DNA from: an uncultured virus (IMG/VR IMGVR_UViG_3300013233_000702)
Taxonomy: Duplodnaviria > Heunggongvirae > Uroviricota > Caudoviricetes
Direction: 5' to 3' (one strand)
Length of the DNA: 64,000 nt
Virus record (IMG/VR): IMGVR_UViG_3300013233_000702
In this document: in pieces, positions 47,444 through 55,280 of the stretch
Layout of the letters: every line of letters starts with the position of its first letter
How positions within the stretch are numbered: position 1 is the stretch's first letter
Made by a program: the position numbers and the translations under genes
The notes under the pieces: generated by a model
Told to the model about the DNA's origin: nothing
The model's input: the letters and a program-made list of their open reading frames with translations, nothing else
Databases searched by the model: none

Positions 47444-47833
47444 CTACGCTCTCATCAGAAACTCGCTACGGTCCTGGCGGAGCACCGTGGCTCCGTCCGG
47501 GCCATAGGCCTTCGCGATGAAGCCTTCCCCGTAGAAGGCGTTCATCTCCTCGATCGTCCTGAAGTATTCCTGGTCGTTCGGCAGCTCCTCAAGGGTCCAG
47601 TCGCCCTCGGCGTACGTCAGGATAGCCCGCATGGACCTGTTGACCCAGACGCCGAAGTAGTGCGCGTCCTGGTCGGTGTCGTACTGGGCCCAGCCGCCGG
47701 ACTTGAAGTCCGGAGCAAAGTCCACGACGTACCTGTCCATGTCCGCATAGATCCTCTTCGAGGTTGGCCTGTGTGTGAGGATCTTTCCGTTCTTCCTGAT
47801 CGCCTTGCAGATGGTCTCTACCTTGATGGCCAT
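47444..47833 (-). CDS. conserved phage protein (WAQYDTDQDAHYFGVW)
   Basis: Leader hairpin plus GGAGG; promoter-like motif upstream. Confidence 0.75.
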   Translation of the reverse strand: MAIKVETICKAIRKNGKILTHRPTSKRIYADMDRYVVDFAPDFKSGGWAQYDTDQDAHYFGVWVNRSMRAILTYAEGDWTLEELPNDQEYFRTIEEMNAFYGEGFIAKAYGPDGATVLRQDRSEFLMRA

Positions 47834-47941
47834 TTCTTTTCCTCCCTGCCCATTCGGGCGTCCATGCGGAAGCGGCGCGGACCACCGCGCCGCTCCCGCC
47901 CCGTGGCGGCGTGCTCCGTCCCGCGCAAGATCCCCGAGGGA

Positions 47942-49132
47942 TCAGCCGATCAGCGCGCGGCCGGCGTCGTATGAGAGCCTCGAGCGCACGCTCACGAAGT
48001 CTTCGAACTCACCGAACTCGGTCTTCGACTCCTCCAGGTCGTACTCCCGGGAGATCATGGCCCCCGTGAACTTGTTCATCAGGGCCACGGCCTTGCCGGT
48101 CAGCTGATGGGTCGCCAGCTCCGAGGCTAGGCACAGCAGCTCGTACACCGTGCAGCGGACCGGAATGGCCCGCATCCGCTTCTCCGAAATCGAGGCCAGC
48201 TGCGCTACCCCGTACTGCGCCCTCATGTCTCCCACGAGGTCCCAGAACGAGGCCAGAGCAGCGGCCCTAGGTGGCGTGCTGTCTCCGGCTGCGAACATGT
48301 TAGCAATGAACGACAGGCGGAAGTCGCCCTGTAACAGGCTCTTCAGCAGCCGCAGGAACGATAGGGCCTCGAGCAGGGAGGCATAGGACCGCTGCGCGGA
48401 GGTCATCCTCTGCTGCATCGCGGAGAAGGCCTCCTCGTTGCTGTAGGACTCGACCACCCGGCAGATCGTGTCCACCACCGAGTCCTTCTTGCCCACCGTC
48501 ACGCCGGACCGGAAGACCGACGCGTCCCCAGCGATGCACGTTCCACTGCCCTCCCTCGAGAGGAGCGGGATCACGACCGGCATTCCATAGCCGTCCACCG
48601 GGATCTCCAATTGGAACTTCATGCTGTAGCTGTCCGGACCGGCCTCGAGCAGGCCTCCCCTCTCGGGGCTGTGCAGCGAGACCATCGTTCCGGCCCTGTA
48701 GTCCATCCCCTCAGGCGAGAGCCTGCCCAGGGCAGCGACCGCGTCATCGAAGTAGACCTTCTTCGTGCCCGGCGAGGACACGCCGAGGGCGACTTGCCCC
48801 TCCCATCTGCTGTCCTCCACGTAGGGGGTCCTCTGGATGCAGAGTCTGACCGGCCTGGACACGGTCCTGCTGATCCGGTCGAAGACCTCCCTGTGGGTGA
48901 AGTAGCGGAAGATCGTCTGCGTGACCTGATATCGGCTCCAGACGGAGCACCAGAACCTGTCCGATGGACTAAGCACCTCTCCACGGAGGGTGATCTCGGA
49001 GACCTCGGGTACCTTCGGCGGCACCCCCTCAGCCTTGACCTCGTATGTCTTGGCCTTCACACCGAGGTCGGCCGGAACGACCTCCCTGTACTCGAACGTG
49101 GGCATGTCGACGATGTCGCTCATTTTAGTCAT
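47942..49132 (-). CDS. hypothetical protein (possibly DUF932-like)
   Basis: 396 aa ORF coupled to the helicase. Confidence 0.65.
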   Translation of the reverse strand: MTKMSDIVDMPTFEYREVVPADLGVKAKTYEVKAEGVPPKVPEVSEITLRGEVLSPSDRFWCSVWSRYQVTQTIFRYFTHREVFDRISRTVSRPVRLCIQRTPYVEDSRWEGQVALGVSSPGTKKVYFDDAVAALGRLSPEGMDYRAGTMVSLHSPERGGLLEAGPDSYSMKFQLEIPVDGYGMPVVIPLLSREGSGTCIAGDASVFRSGVTVGKKDSVVDTICRVVESYSNEEAFSAMQQRMTSAQRSYASLLEALSFLRLLKSLLQGDFRLSFIANMFAAGDSTPPRAAALASFWDLVGDMRAQYGVAQLASISEKRMRAIPVRCTVYELLCLASELATHQLTGKAVALMNKFTGAMISREYDLEESKTEFGEFEDFVSVRSRLSYDAGRALIG

Positions 49133-50201
49133 CCTCCAGTAGTCCGGCGAACTTGTTGTTTCCAGACAGGACAGAGGGCAGGTCGGCCCTGCGCCTCTTC
49201 CAGAGCTGGTTCATGACCTTGTCCGCGACAGCCTTGGTGGCCGTCCCCTCCCCGAGCTCCCGCCACTGTCCATGCGTCTGCACGAACTGGCGCAGCGGGG
49301 ATGCTGACCTTGAGAAGGGATAGCGCGTGTTCGCGGACTGCACCACCCTGGCGACCTTTCCGGGACGCAGCACCCTCCCGGACATCTGGATCGTGGGCAG
49401 TTTCCCGGAGTCCCTGACCCAGACCGTCTTCAGGGCTGGACAGTCGTATCCCTCCGTTAGGAGGTAGACGTTCACCAGGACGTCCAGGCGTCCCTCGTCG
49501 AAGGCGTCCAGGACCTCGTCGCGGCGGGCCGTGGGATCCGTGCCCATGAGCATCTCCGTCCTGGCACCGCCTGCGCGGATCAGCTGGACGGCCTCCCTGC
49601 ACGAGTCCGAGTCGACGAAGAACATGAGGGACCTGCCCCACCTTTCCCGGTCGCGGAGATAGGCGTCCGCGACCGTCCTTGGGCAGTACTTTTCCAGGGC
49701 ATATTGCTCGAAGGGAGCCAGGTAGCCCTTGTCGATCAGGAACCGGATACCACAGTCCCTGATGACCTTCTCGTAGGCCAGCCGGATCCTGTCGGTCCGG
49801 AAGGGGGTCGCCGTGAGGCCCAGGGACCATTCGGCCCCCACCATGGAGTGGAGCTGGGCGCAGGTCGCTGCGGCGTCATGCTGCGCCTCGTCGACCACGA
49901 GCATGTCGGCCCTCGGGGGTCTCCTGTCGAACATGGAGACGAAGGTGATCCTGTCCATGTCCAGCCCTACGGCCTGGGCCGTCTGCCTGGCCTGGCCAAG
50001 GAGGTTGCGGCGCATCGCGGTCCAGGCCACGCGCATGTCCGCCCGGTCCTTCATCAGGCGGTCCAGGGATAGCATGGCCATGACGGTCTTGCCGGAGCCG
50101 GTCGGACTCTCGACCATGACGTTCCTGTAGCGGTCCACGGTGAAGGACCGGACGATCTTCTCAACGATCCTGCACTGATAGTCCCGCTCCTCAATCCGCA
50201 T
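49125..50201 (-). CDS. superfamily 2 helicase
   Basis: SPTGSGKT; VDEAQH; GLTATPFR; LTEGYDCP; QMSGRVLR. Confidence 0.92.
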   Translation of the reverse strand: MRIEERDYQCRIVEKIVRSFTVDRYRNVMVESPTGSGKTVMAMLSLDRLMKDRADMRVAWTAMRRNLLGQARQTAQAVGLDMDRITFVSMFDRRPPRADMLVVDEAQHDAAATCAQLHSMVGAEWSLGLTATPFRTDRIRLAYEKVIRDCGIRFLIDKGYLAPFEQYALEKYCPRTVADAYLRDRERWGRSLMFFVDSDSCREAVQLIRAGGARTEMLMGTDPTARRDEVLDAFDEGRLDVLVNVYLLTEGYDCPALKTVWVRDSGKLPTIQMSGRVLRPGKVARVVQSANTRYPFSRSASPLRQFVQTHGQWRELGEGTATKAVADKVMNQLWKRRRADLPSVLSGNNKFAGLLEDD

Positions 50202-50550
50202 CGTGCCCCTCCCCGATGATGTCTCCGGCCTCGTAGTGCCTGCGTAGGTCGTCCGTGAGGCTCCGTACGTGAATGGCCGCAGCCGAGATGGCCCGGAAGT
50301 AGGACCTCACCTGGGCCTTCTGTCCGCCGTCCAGATGGAGCATGTCCTGGTCCAGGGCTGTGGCGTCCTCGAGCATGTGGTCCATGTGCTCCTTTAGGAT
50401 CACGATGTCCTCCACGAGCCTTGCCGCGATCTCCTTGATCTGCTCCTTGCTGTGCTGGGCGGGATTCACTATCCCGATCTCCGTCAGCCAGTTGCTCGGA
50501 ACTGGGTTGATCCGATTGTCCATCTCTTGCTCCTTCCCTGTACTGCCCAT
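50191..50550 (-). CDS. hypothetical protein
   Basis: AGGAG RBS; first gene of the leftward block. Confidence 0.65.
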   Translation of the reverse strand: MGSTGKEQEMDNRINPVPSNWLTEIGIVNPAQHSKEQIKEIAARLVEDIVILKEHMDHMLEDATALDQDMLHLDGGQKAQVRSYFRAISAAAIHVRSLTDDLRRHYEAGDIIGEGHDAD

Positions 50551-50604
50551 TCTGCTTCTCCTTTCTGCCCGGTCGGGCTCCCGTATCGACGACCAACTTC
50601 CGTG

Positions 50605-50825
50605 AAAGTCCGTGGTGGCGCGCTCAGTACCGCGCAAGATCCCCGAGGTCCGAGGTCCAGGGTCCAGCCCTGCAGCGGCGAGGCGGCGCGCCGCCCCCTC
50701 TCCCCGTGGCGGCGCGCTCAGTCCCGCGCAAGATCCCCGAGGTCCGGGGTCCAGCCCTGCAGCGGCGAGGCGGCGCGCCGCCCCCTCTCCCCGTGGCGGC
50801 GCGCTCAGTCCCGCGCAAGACCCCC
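50605..50825 (-). promoter_or_regulatory. three stacked promoter-like motifs, including an 87-bp-period duplication
   Basis: Motif ends at 50638, 50732 and 50819; heads the ~47 kb leftward block. Confidence 0.65.
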
Positions 50826-50915
50826 CGAGAGGACTTGTCGACGACGCAGCTACGATAGCGGAGATGAGGACGTAGTCGGGAGATCAAACAAGCTACTATA
50901 AACGGGAGGATCAAG

Positions 50916-51425
50916 ATGCCTGTATCGAATAAGGTCTTAGTCTTGGTTGTTACGCTGATAGCGTCACTAGCCCTTAATGCTTACTGCAAGGACAAGAAGC
51001 CGCCCCTTCCGGACAAGCTCCTGGTCGAGACCGATATGGTCCTGGCAGATCAGTCTGCAAGCAAGAAGGAAATAAGGAAGGCATTGGCCGAGATGCGGGA
51101 AGGATACGCTAAGCTGTTGCAGAAGAACAAGACACTGCACTCCTTGGAAATGAATGCACGCAGGGACGACGTCGAGCAGATCGACAAGGTCATTCAAGCA
51201 AACAAGGATTTTCTCCGTGCAAGTCGTGAAATCACGAAGATTCAAAACAGCTTCGAGGCACTAATCAAGGTCAATGACGGCTTGTTAGCCAAGCTCAAGA
51301 AGGCAAACGCCCTCATAGAACTGCACAAGAAGATAGAAAACGAGCTGCTAGTGGGGCTTGCAAAGCATGACCTGAATTATGCATTAAAGGTGAAGAGGGC
51401 TATGGACAATATACTCGGCAAATAG
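50916..51425 (+). CDS. membrane-anchored or secreted coiled-coil protein
   Basis: N-terminal hydrophobic helix followed by Cys; lower GC. Confidence 0.75.
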   Translation: MPVSNKVLVLVVTLIASLALNAYCKDKKPPLPDKLLVETDMVLADQSASKKEIRKALAEMREGYAKLLQKNKTLHSLEMNARRDDVEQIDKVIQANKDFLRASREITKIQNSFEALIKVNDGLLAKLKKANALIELHKKIENELLVGLAKHDLNYALKVKRAMDNILGK

Positions 51426-51458
51426 GCACAGGTGCCCATAAGGATTCGATAAGAATCA

Positions 51459-51513
51459 TGACTTTCCAATATGGAAAGCTTTGTTAACGAGAGCTTTCCA
51501 TATTGGAAAGTCA
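51459..51513. repeat. 55-bp inverted repeat with 22-bp perfect arms
   Basis: TGACTTTCCAATATGGAAAGCT-N11-AGCTTTCCATATTGGAAAGTCA. Confidence 0.9.
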
Positions 51514-51783
51514 GGCCGGTATTGTGATCCTCTTTTTATTCCGTGGGGACGGTGGACACGCCATTGGCGGCCCCGGCGGATTCAGCCTGACGAGTGGCCT
51601 GACATATCCGGTCCTATCGTCCAGCGGGCAGCCGCATCCGGTGCGGACCGCGAACTGCGCTGGCGCACGGGAGCCGGTCCTGGTCCACTTGCCGAACAGG
51701 AGTTGATAGTTCTCCTCGGGGGTGCACTGCAGGCAGGACTTCCTGGGAAGCTCCTCGGTCGCCGTGCAGTCGGTGATCGGCAT
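51511..51783 (-). CDS. Cys-rich hypothetical protein
   Basis: Starts 3 nt after the HTH gene stop. Confidence 0.5.
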   Translation of the reverse strand: MPITDCTATEELPRKSCLQCTPEENYQLLFGKWTRTGSRAPAQFAVRTGCGCPLDDRTGYVRPLVRLNPPGPPMACPPSPRNKKRITIPA

Positions 51784-51786
51784 TTC

Positions 51787-52179
51787 CTATACTTCCAGCT
51801 CAGGAAACATCTTCGTGACCTTGGTTCCGACCGCCCTCGACAATTTCTTCATGGTGTCGAAGCTTGGCTTGCGGGTGATGTCCTTCTCCTTGGACTTGTA
51901 TCTCGATATGGTGCTCGGATTCACGTCGACTTCCTGCGCTATCGTCTCCTGAGACTTGCCGGAATTCTTATAGGCCTTACCGACTGGAGAAGACTGGTTC
52001 TTCAGGTTGCCGATTGGGGTCTCCGCACCCCTTATTCGCCTCTTTCCCTTTCCCTTGCCCTTGCCCTTTCCCTTGCCCTTTCCCTTGCCCTTGCCCTTTC
52101 CCTTGCCCTTTCCCTTGCCCTTGCCCTCATCCTTCTCCATGAGGGGAATCCGCCGGACATGTAGGCCGTTAAGCTTCAT
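51787..52179 (-). CDS. XRE-family HTH regulator with (GK)n tract
   Basis: SQETIAQEVDVNPSTISRY...KPSFDTMKKLS; about 15 GK units. Confidence 0.85.
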   Translation of the reverse strand: MKLNGLHVRRIPLMEKDEGKGKGKGKGKGKGKGKGKGKGKGKGKGKRRIRGAETPIGNLKNQSSPVGKAYKNSGKSQETIAQEVDVNPSTISRYKSKEKDITRKPSFDTMKKLSRAVGTKVTKMFPELEV

Positions 52180-52398
52180 TTTGCACTCGCTCCTGTCTCA
52201 AGAACCTCGCCGTAAATAGGTTTGCGCGGAGCAAACATCACTAGATGGCAAGGGAGGACGGGATGGCGAAGGTCAAGATAATCGACACCAACGGAAGGAT
52301 ACGCTCGCACCGCAACAGCCTAGCCGAAGCACTCCACAAGGCACTAGACAAGAAGAACAGGGGCAGTAAGAACAAGAACAACAAGAAAGTGAGGAGAG

Positions 52399-52761
52399 CT
52401 ACCTCTTGAGCCCGGACAGGACCTTGCCCATGTCGAATATCTCGGGCTGACAGCACCACATCCGCAGAACACCGGAAGGCATCTTCGACAGGACCTCAGG
52501 ACTGTCCTCGAACATCACGTCCAGACCCAGCTTTCCAGCCAGCTCCCCCTTCCACTCAGGCGCGTACACGATTCCGTCTGGAAGGTGAAGGCCGTCGTAT
52601 GAGATGCCCCACTCCCGGAGCTGCTCGATTACCTTCTCCCTATCGTCCCGATAGGTGATCACGTGCACCTCGTGCCCCGCCTCCCTAAGGGCACGCGTCA
52701 GCAGGGAATATAGCCACGGTGCCTCGTCCATGGTGCCGTCCACGTCAATCCCTATCTTCAT
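52399..52761 (-). CDS. HAD-family hydrolase
   Basis: IGIDVDGT; VITYR; MFEDSPE. Confidence 0.85.
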   Translation of the reverse strand: MKIGIDVDGTMDEAPWLYSLLTRALREAGHEVHVITYRDDREKVIEQLREWGISYDGLHLPDGIVYAPEWKGELAGKLGLDVMFEDSPEVLSKMPSGVLRMWCCQPEIFDMGKVLSGLKR

Positions 52762-53044
52762 CTCTGCCTCCCTTACAGTGTCTCCGATGGTTCGTGAGGG
52801 CGAACGCCTTCGTAAAGGACCGCCCGCACGCACAGACGTACCTGTCCACAGGAGCAGGAGCAGCACCGACCGACCTATGGACCACGTCGCTGAACAATAC
52901 CAGCCTGCCCGCCCTCCTCAAGGACCATCTCCCGTCGACGCGGTCCGCTATCACCGGAAGGTGCGAGCCGCATGAGAAGACGATGGAGTCCTCCGCCGGA
53001 TCGTTCCCGCGCAGCCACTTGGTAATGACCTTTTCATCCTCCAT
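52745..53044 (-). CDS. small protein with a C-terminal C2H2 finger
   Basis: YVCACGRSF...LTNHRRHC; GGAGG RBS. Confidence 0.6.
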   Translation of the reverse strand: MEDEKVITKWLRGNDPAEDSIVFSCGSHLPVIADRVDGRWSLRRAGRLVLFSDVVHRSVGAAPAPVDRYVCACGRSFTKAFALTNHRRHCKGGRDEDRD

Positions 53045-53122
53045 GGACCTCCCTCCGTGCAAATGCTCTTGTTGACGAAGTATCGCGCCAGGTAGATACG
53101 GCAACCACGGGAGGAATAGACA

Positions 53123-53608
53123 ATGGGAAGAATGGTACAGCTGGACGAACTTGGTGTAGCAGTGGAGAAGTACCGCAATTACGGACACAAGATAGTCTGG
53201 ACCAACGGATGCTTCGACGTCCTGCACGTAGGGCACGCATGGGTCCTCGACCAGGCAAAGAAGCTGTTCGACGACGCAGCCCTGGTGGTCGGCGTGAACT
53301 CCGACGACAGCGTCAGGAGGATCAAGGGAGAACAGAGACCGATCTTCAACCAGGAGGACAGGGCCAAGCTCCTGTCCTACATGGCGGCGGTAGACCTCGT
53401 CACCATATACGACGAACCGACCCCCATCGAGGCAATACGCATCGCCAGGCCCGACGTCATAGTCAAGGGAGGAGACTGGGCACCTGACGGCATAGTCGGC
53501 AAGGAATTCGTCGAGTCCTACGGCGGAACCGTAAGGACGATCCCCCTTATTCGCGGAAGGTCCACCACCAGGGCCATAGCCGAGATCATAAGGAAATGCC
53601 ATGCATGA
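53123..53608 (+). CDS. heptose-1-phosphate adenylyltransferase (HldE/RfaE domain II)
   Basis: TNGCFDVLHVGH; VGVNSDDSVRRIKG..RPI; VKGGDW; STT. Confidence 0.92.
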   Translation: MGRMVQLDELGVAVEKYRNYGHKIVWTNGCFDVLHVGHAWVLDQAKKLFDDAALVVGVNSDDSVRRIKGEQRPIFNQEDRAKLLSYMAAVDLVTIYDEPTPIEAIRIARPDVIVKGGDWAPDGIVGKEFVESYGGTVRTIPLIRGRSTTRAIAEIIRKCHA

Positions 53609-54482
53609 CAGACTGGCCAGGGTCATGAAAGATTGGACGCCGCGCATGGCGGTGATCGGCGACGCCATGCTCGACGTCTACGTCCAGTGCGAGGTCGTGG
53701 GGCCATCCCCCGAGGACGAACTGGCGCACAAGGTCAAGCCCGTCAAGACCACCAGCTCAATGGGCGGCGCGGCGAACGTCGCCGCCAACCTCCGTGCAAT
53801 GGGCGCAGACGTGACGCTGTTCGCCGTGGTCGGAGAGGACGACGAGACGATCCGCCAGGAGTTCGGAGACTCTATGTACGTCCTCCCCGGACGCAGGACG
53901 ACCGTCAAGAAGCGCATCGTGACCAAGTCCGGACGGCACATAGTCAGGATAGACGAGGAGACCACCGAGAACATACCCCCAGACCTAGCCGACGCCGTGC
54001 TGCACATGATCAGGAACGGCGGATTCGACGGAACCGTCGTCTCCGACTACGCCAAGGGCATGGTAACCGACCGCCTCCTGGACGGACTTCCCCCAGGGTA
54101 CGTCGCCGACCCGAAGGGACGGAACATGTCCAGATACGCCGATGCGCACACCATCACCCCCAACGCAACGGAGTACGCACAGGCCAGCAGCCTGCCGGAC
54201 TGCCACGTAGTTGTCACTTGCGCCTCTGAGGGGGCCATCCTGCACGGACACGGAACGGAGAGAAGGATACCGCAGCCTAACCCTAGGTCCTTCGGAGACC
54301 CCACCGGATGCGGAGACAGCTTCCTGGCCGGGCTCGCAATCGGCCTAGTCTCCGGCCTGACCATCGAGGAGTCGATAACGGTCGGAAACGCGGCAGGAGC
54401 CCTGGCCTACGAGTCGTCCGGAACCACCGCGATAACCATGCACCAGGTGCTCAAGGAGCTAAGCAGGACCAGTCCCAGTTAA
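53601..54482 (+). CDS. heptose-7-phosphate kinase (HldE/RfaE domain I, PfkB family)
   Basis: IGDAMLDVY; GGAANVAANL; SDYAKG; DPKG; ITPN..E; DPTGCGDSF. Confidence 0.92.
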   Translation: MHDRLARVMKDWTPRMAVIGDAMLDVYVQCEVVGPSPEDELAHKVKPVKTTSSMGGAANVAANLRAMGADVTLFAVVGEDDETIRQEFGDSMYVLPGRRTTVKKRIVTKSGRHIVRIDEETTENIPPDLADAVLHMIRNGGFDGTVVSDYAKGMVTDRLLDGLPPGYVADPKGRNMSRYADAHTITPNATEYAQASSLPDCHVVVTCASEGAILHGHGTERRIPQPNPRSFGDPTGCGDSFLAGLAIGLVSGLTIEESITVGNAAGALAYESSGTTAITMHQVLKELSRTSPS

Positions 54483-54508
54483 AGATAGGACGGACTGGGA
54501 GGGAGAAA

Positions 54509-54940
54509 ATGCTGCCATCGACCGACCGAAACATCGAGACACCCGGCGGAATCCAGCCCGGAGACCTGTGCATCCGGCATCCCGACATGGACGGTCGCAT
54601 CATGGTTATAAGGGGGCTGCAGTCCAACGAGGCCAAGGTGCTGGCCGCCCGACTCTCGAAGTGCACAACCCTGGACCAGATACAGGACGAGGTGGCCAGC
54701 TTCACCGGCACCAAGAAGGGTCGCAGCAAGTACCTCCTGACCGACGGCATAGACAAGGTTCTGGACGTGACCCTGCACAGACTGGCGGAGGCGAAGGACC
54801 GCACCAACCTTTACTGCCCCCACTGCAAGAAGACGACGCCGCACAAGGTCGAGGACAAGTACGGCAGAACCTTCTACAGGTGCAACGCCTGCGGACGCCT
54901 AGCGAGCAACCGAAAGCAACCAGTCGCAACGGAGAGCTAA
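54509..54940 (+). CDS. Zn-ribbon protein
   Basis: YCPHCKKTTPH...RCNACG. Confidence 0.7.
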   Translation: MLPSTDRNIETPGGIQPGDLCIRHPDMDGRIMVIRGLQSNEAKVLAARLSKCTTLDQIQDEVASFTGTKKGRSKYLLTDGIDKVLDVTLHRLAEAKDRTNLYCPHCKKTTPHKVEDKYGRTFYRCNACGRLASNRKQPVATES

Positions 54941-54944
54941 CGAG

Positions 54945-55229
54945 ATGCCGGCAAAGAGCAAGGCGCAGCAGAGGCTCATGGGGATGGTCTACCGCTACAA
55001 GAAGGAAGGCGGAAAGCCGCCCAGCAAGGCCGTCGCCAAGATAGCCAAGTCAATGTCCACCAAGTCCGCCAAGGACTATGCCTCGACCCCGAGCAAGAAC
55101 CTTCCATCCAAGAAGGAGTCCCTCCTACGCTCGAGGGAGGTGCTCAGCTTCCTCGAGGACACCAGGGCTGACGTCCCGGACCTGTCCACCAGGCTCGACG
55201 AGGCCCTTGACGGCCTGACCAAGAAATGA
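54945..55229 (+). CDS. DUF3008-like protein
   Basis: MPAKSKAQQR...KSMSTKSAKDYAST. Confidence 0.75.
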   Translation: MPAKSKAQQRLMGMVYRYKKEGGKPPSKAVAKIAKSMSTKSAKDYASTPSKNLPSKKESLLRSREVLSFLEDTRADVPDLSTRLDEALDGLTKK

Positions 55230-55280
55230 ATCCGCAGGCCAAAGATACCAGGTGACCTGACACCCTGGTAGATACCGACC

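Noticed and set aside
47440..50060. Other minus-strand CTGATGA hits (about 47452, 48076, 50052)
   Set aside because: No stem II followed by GAAA; chance matches in coding sequence
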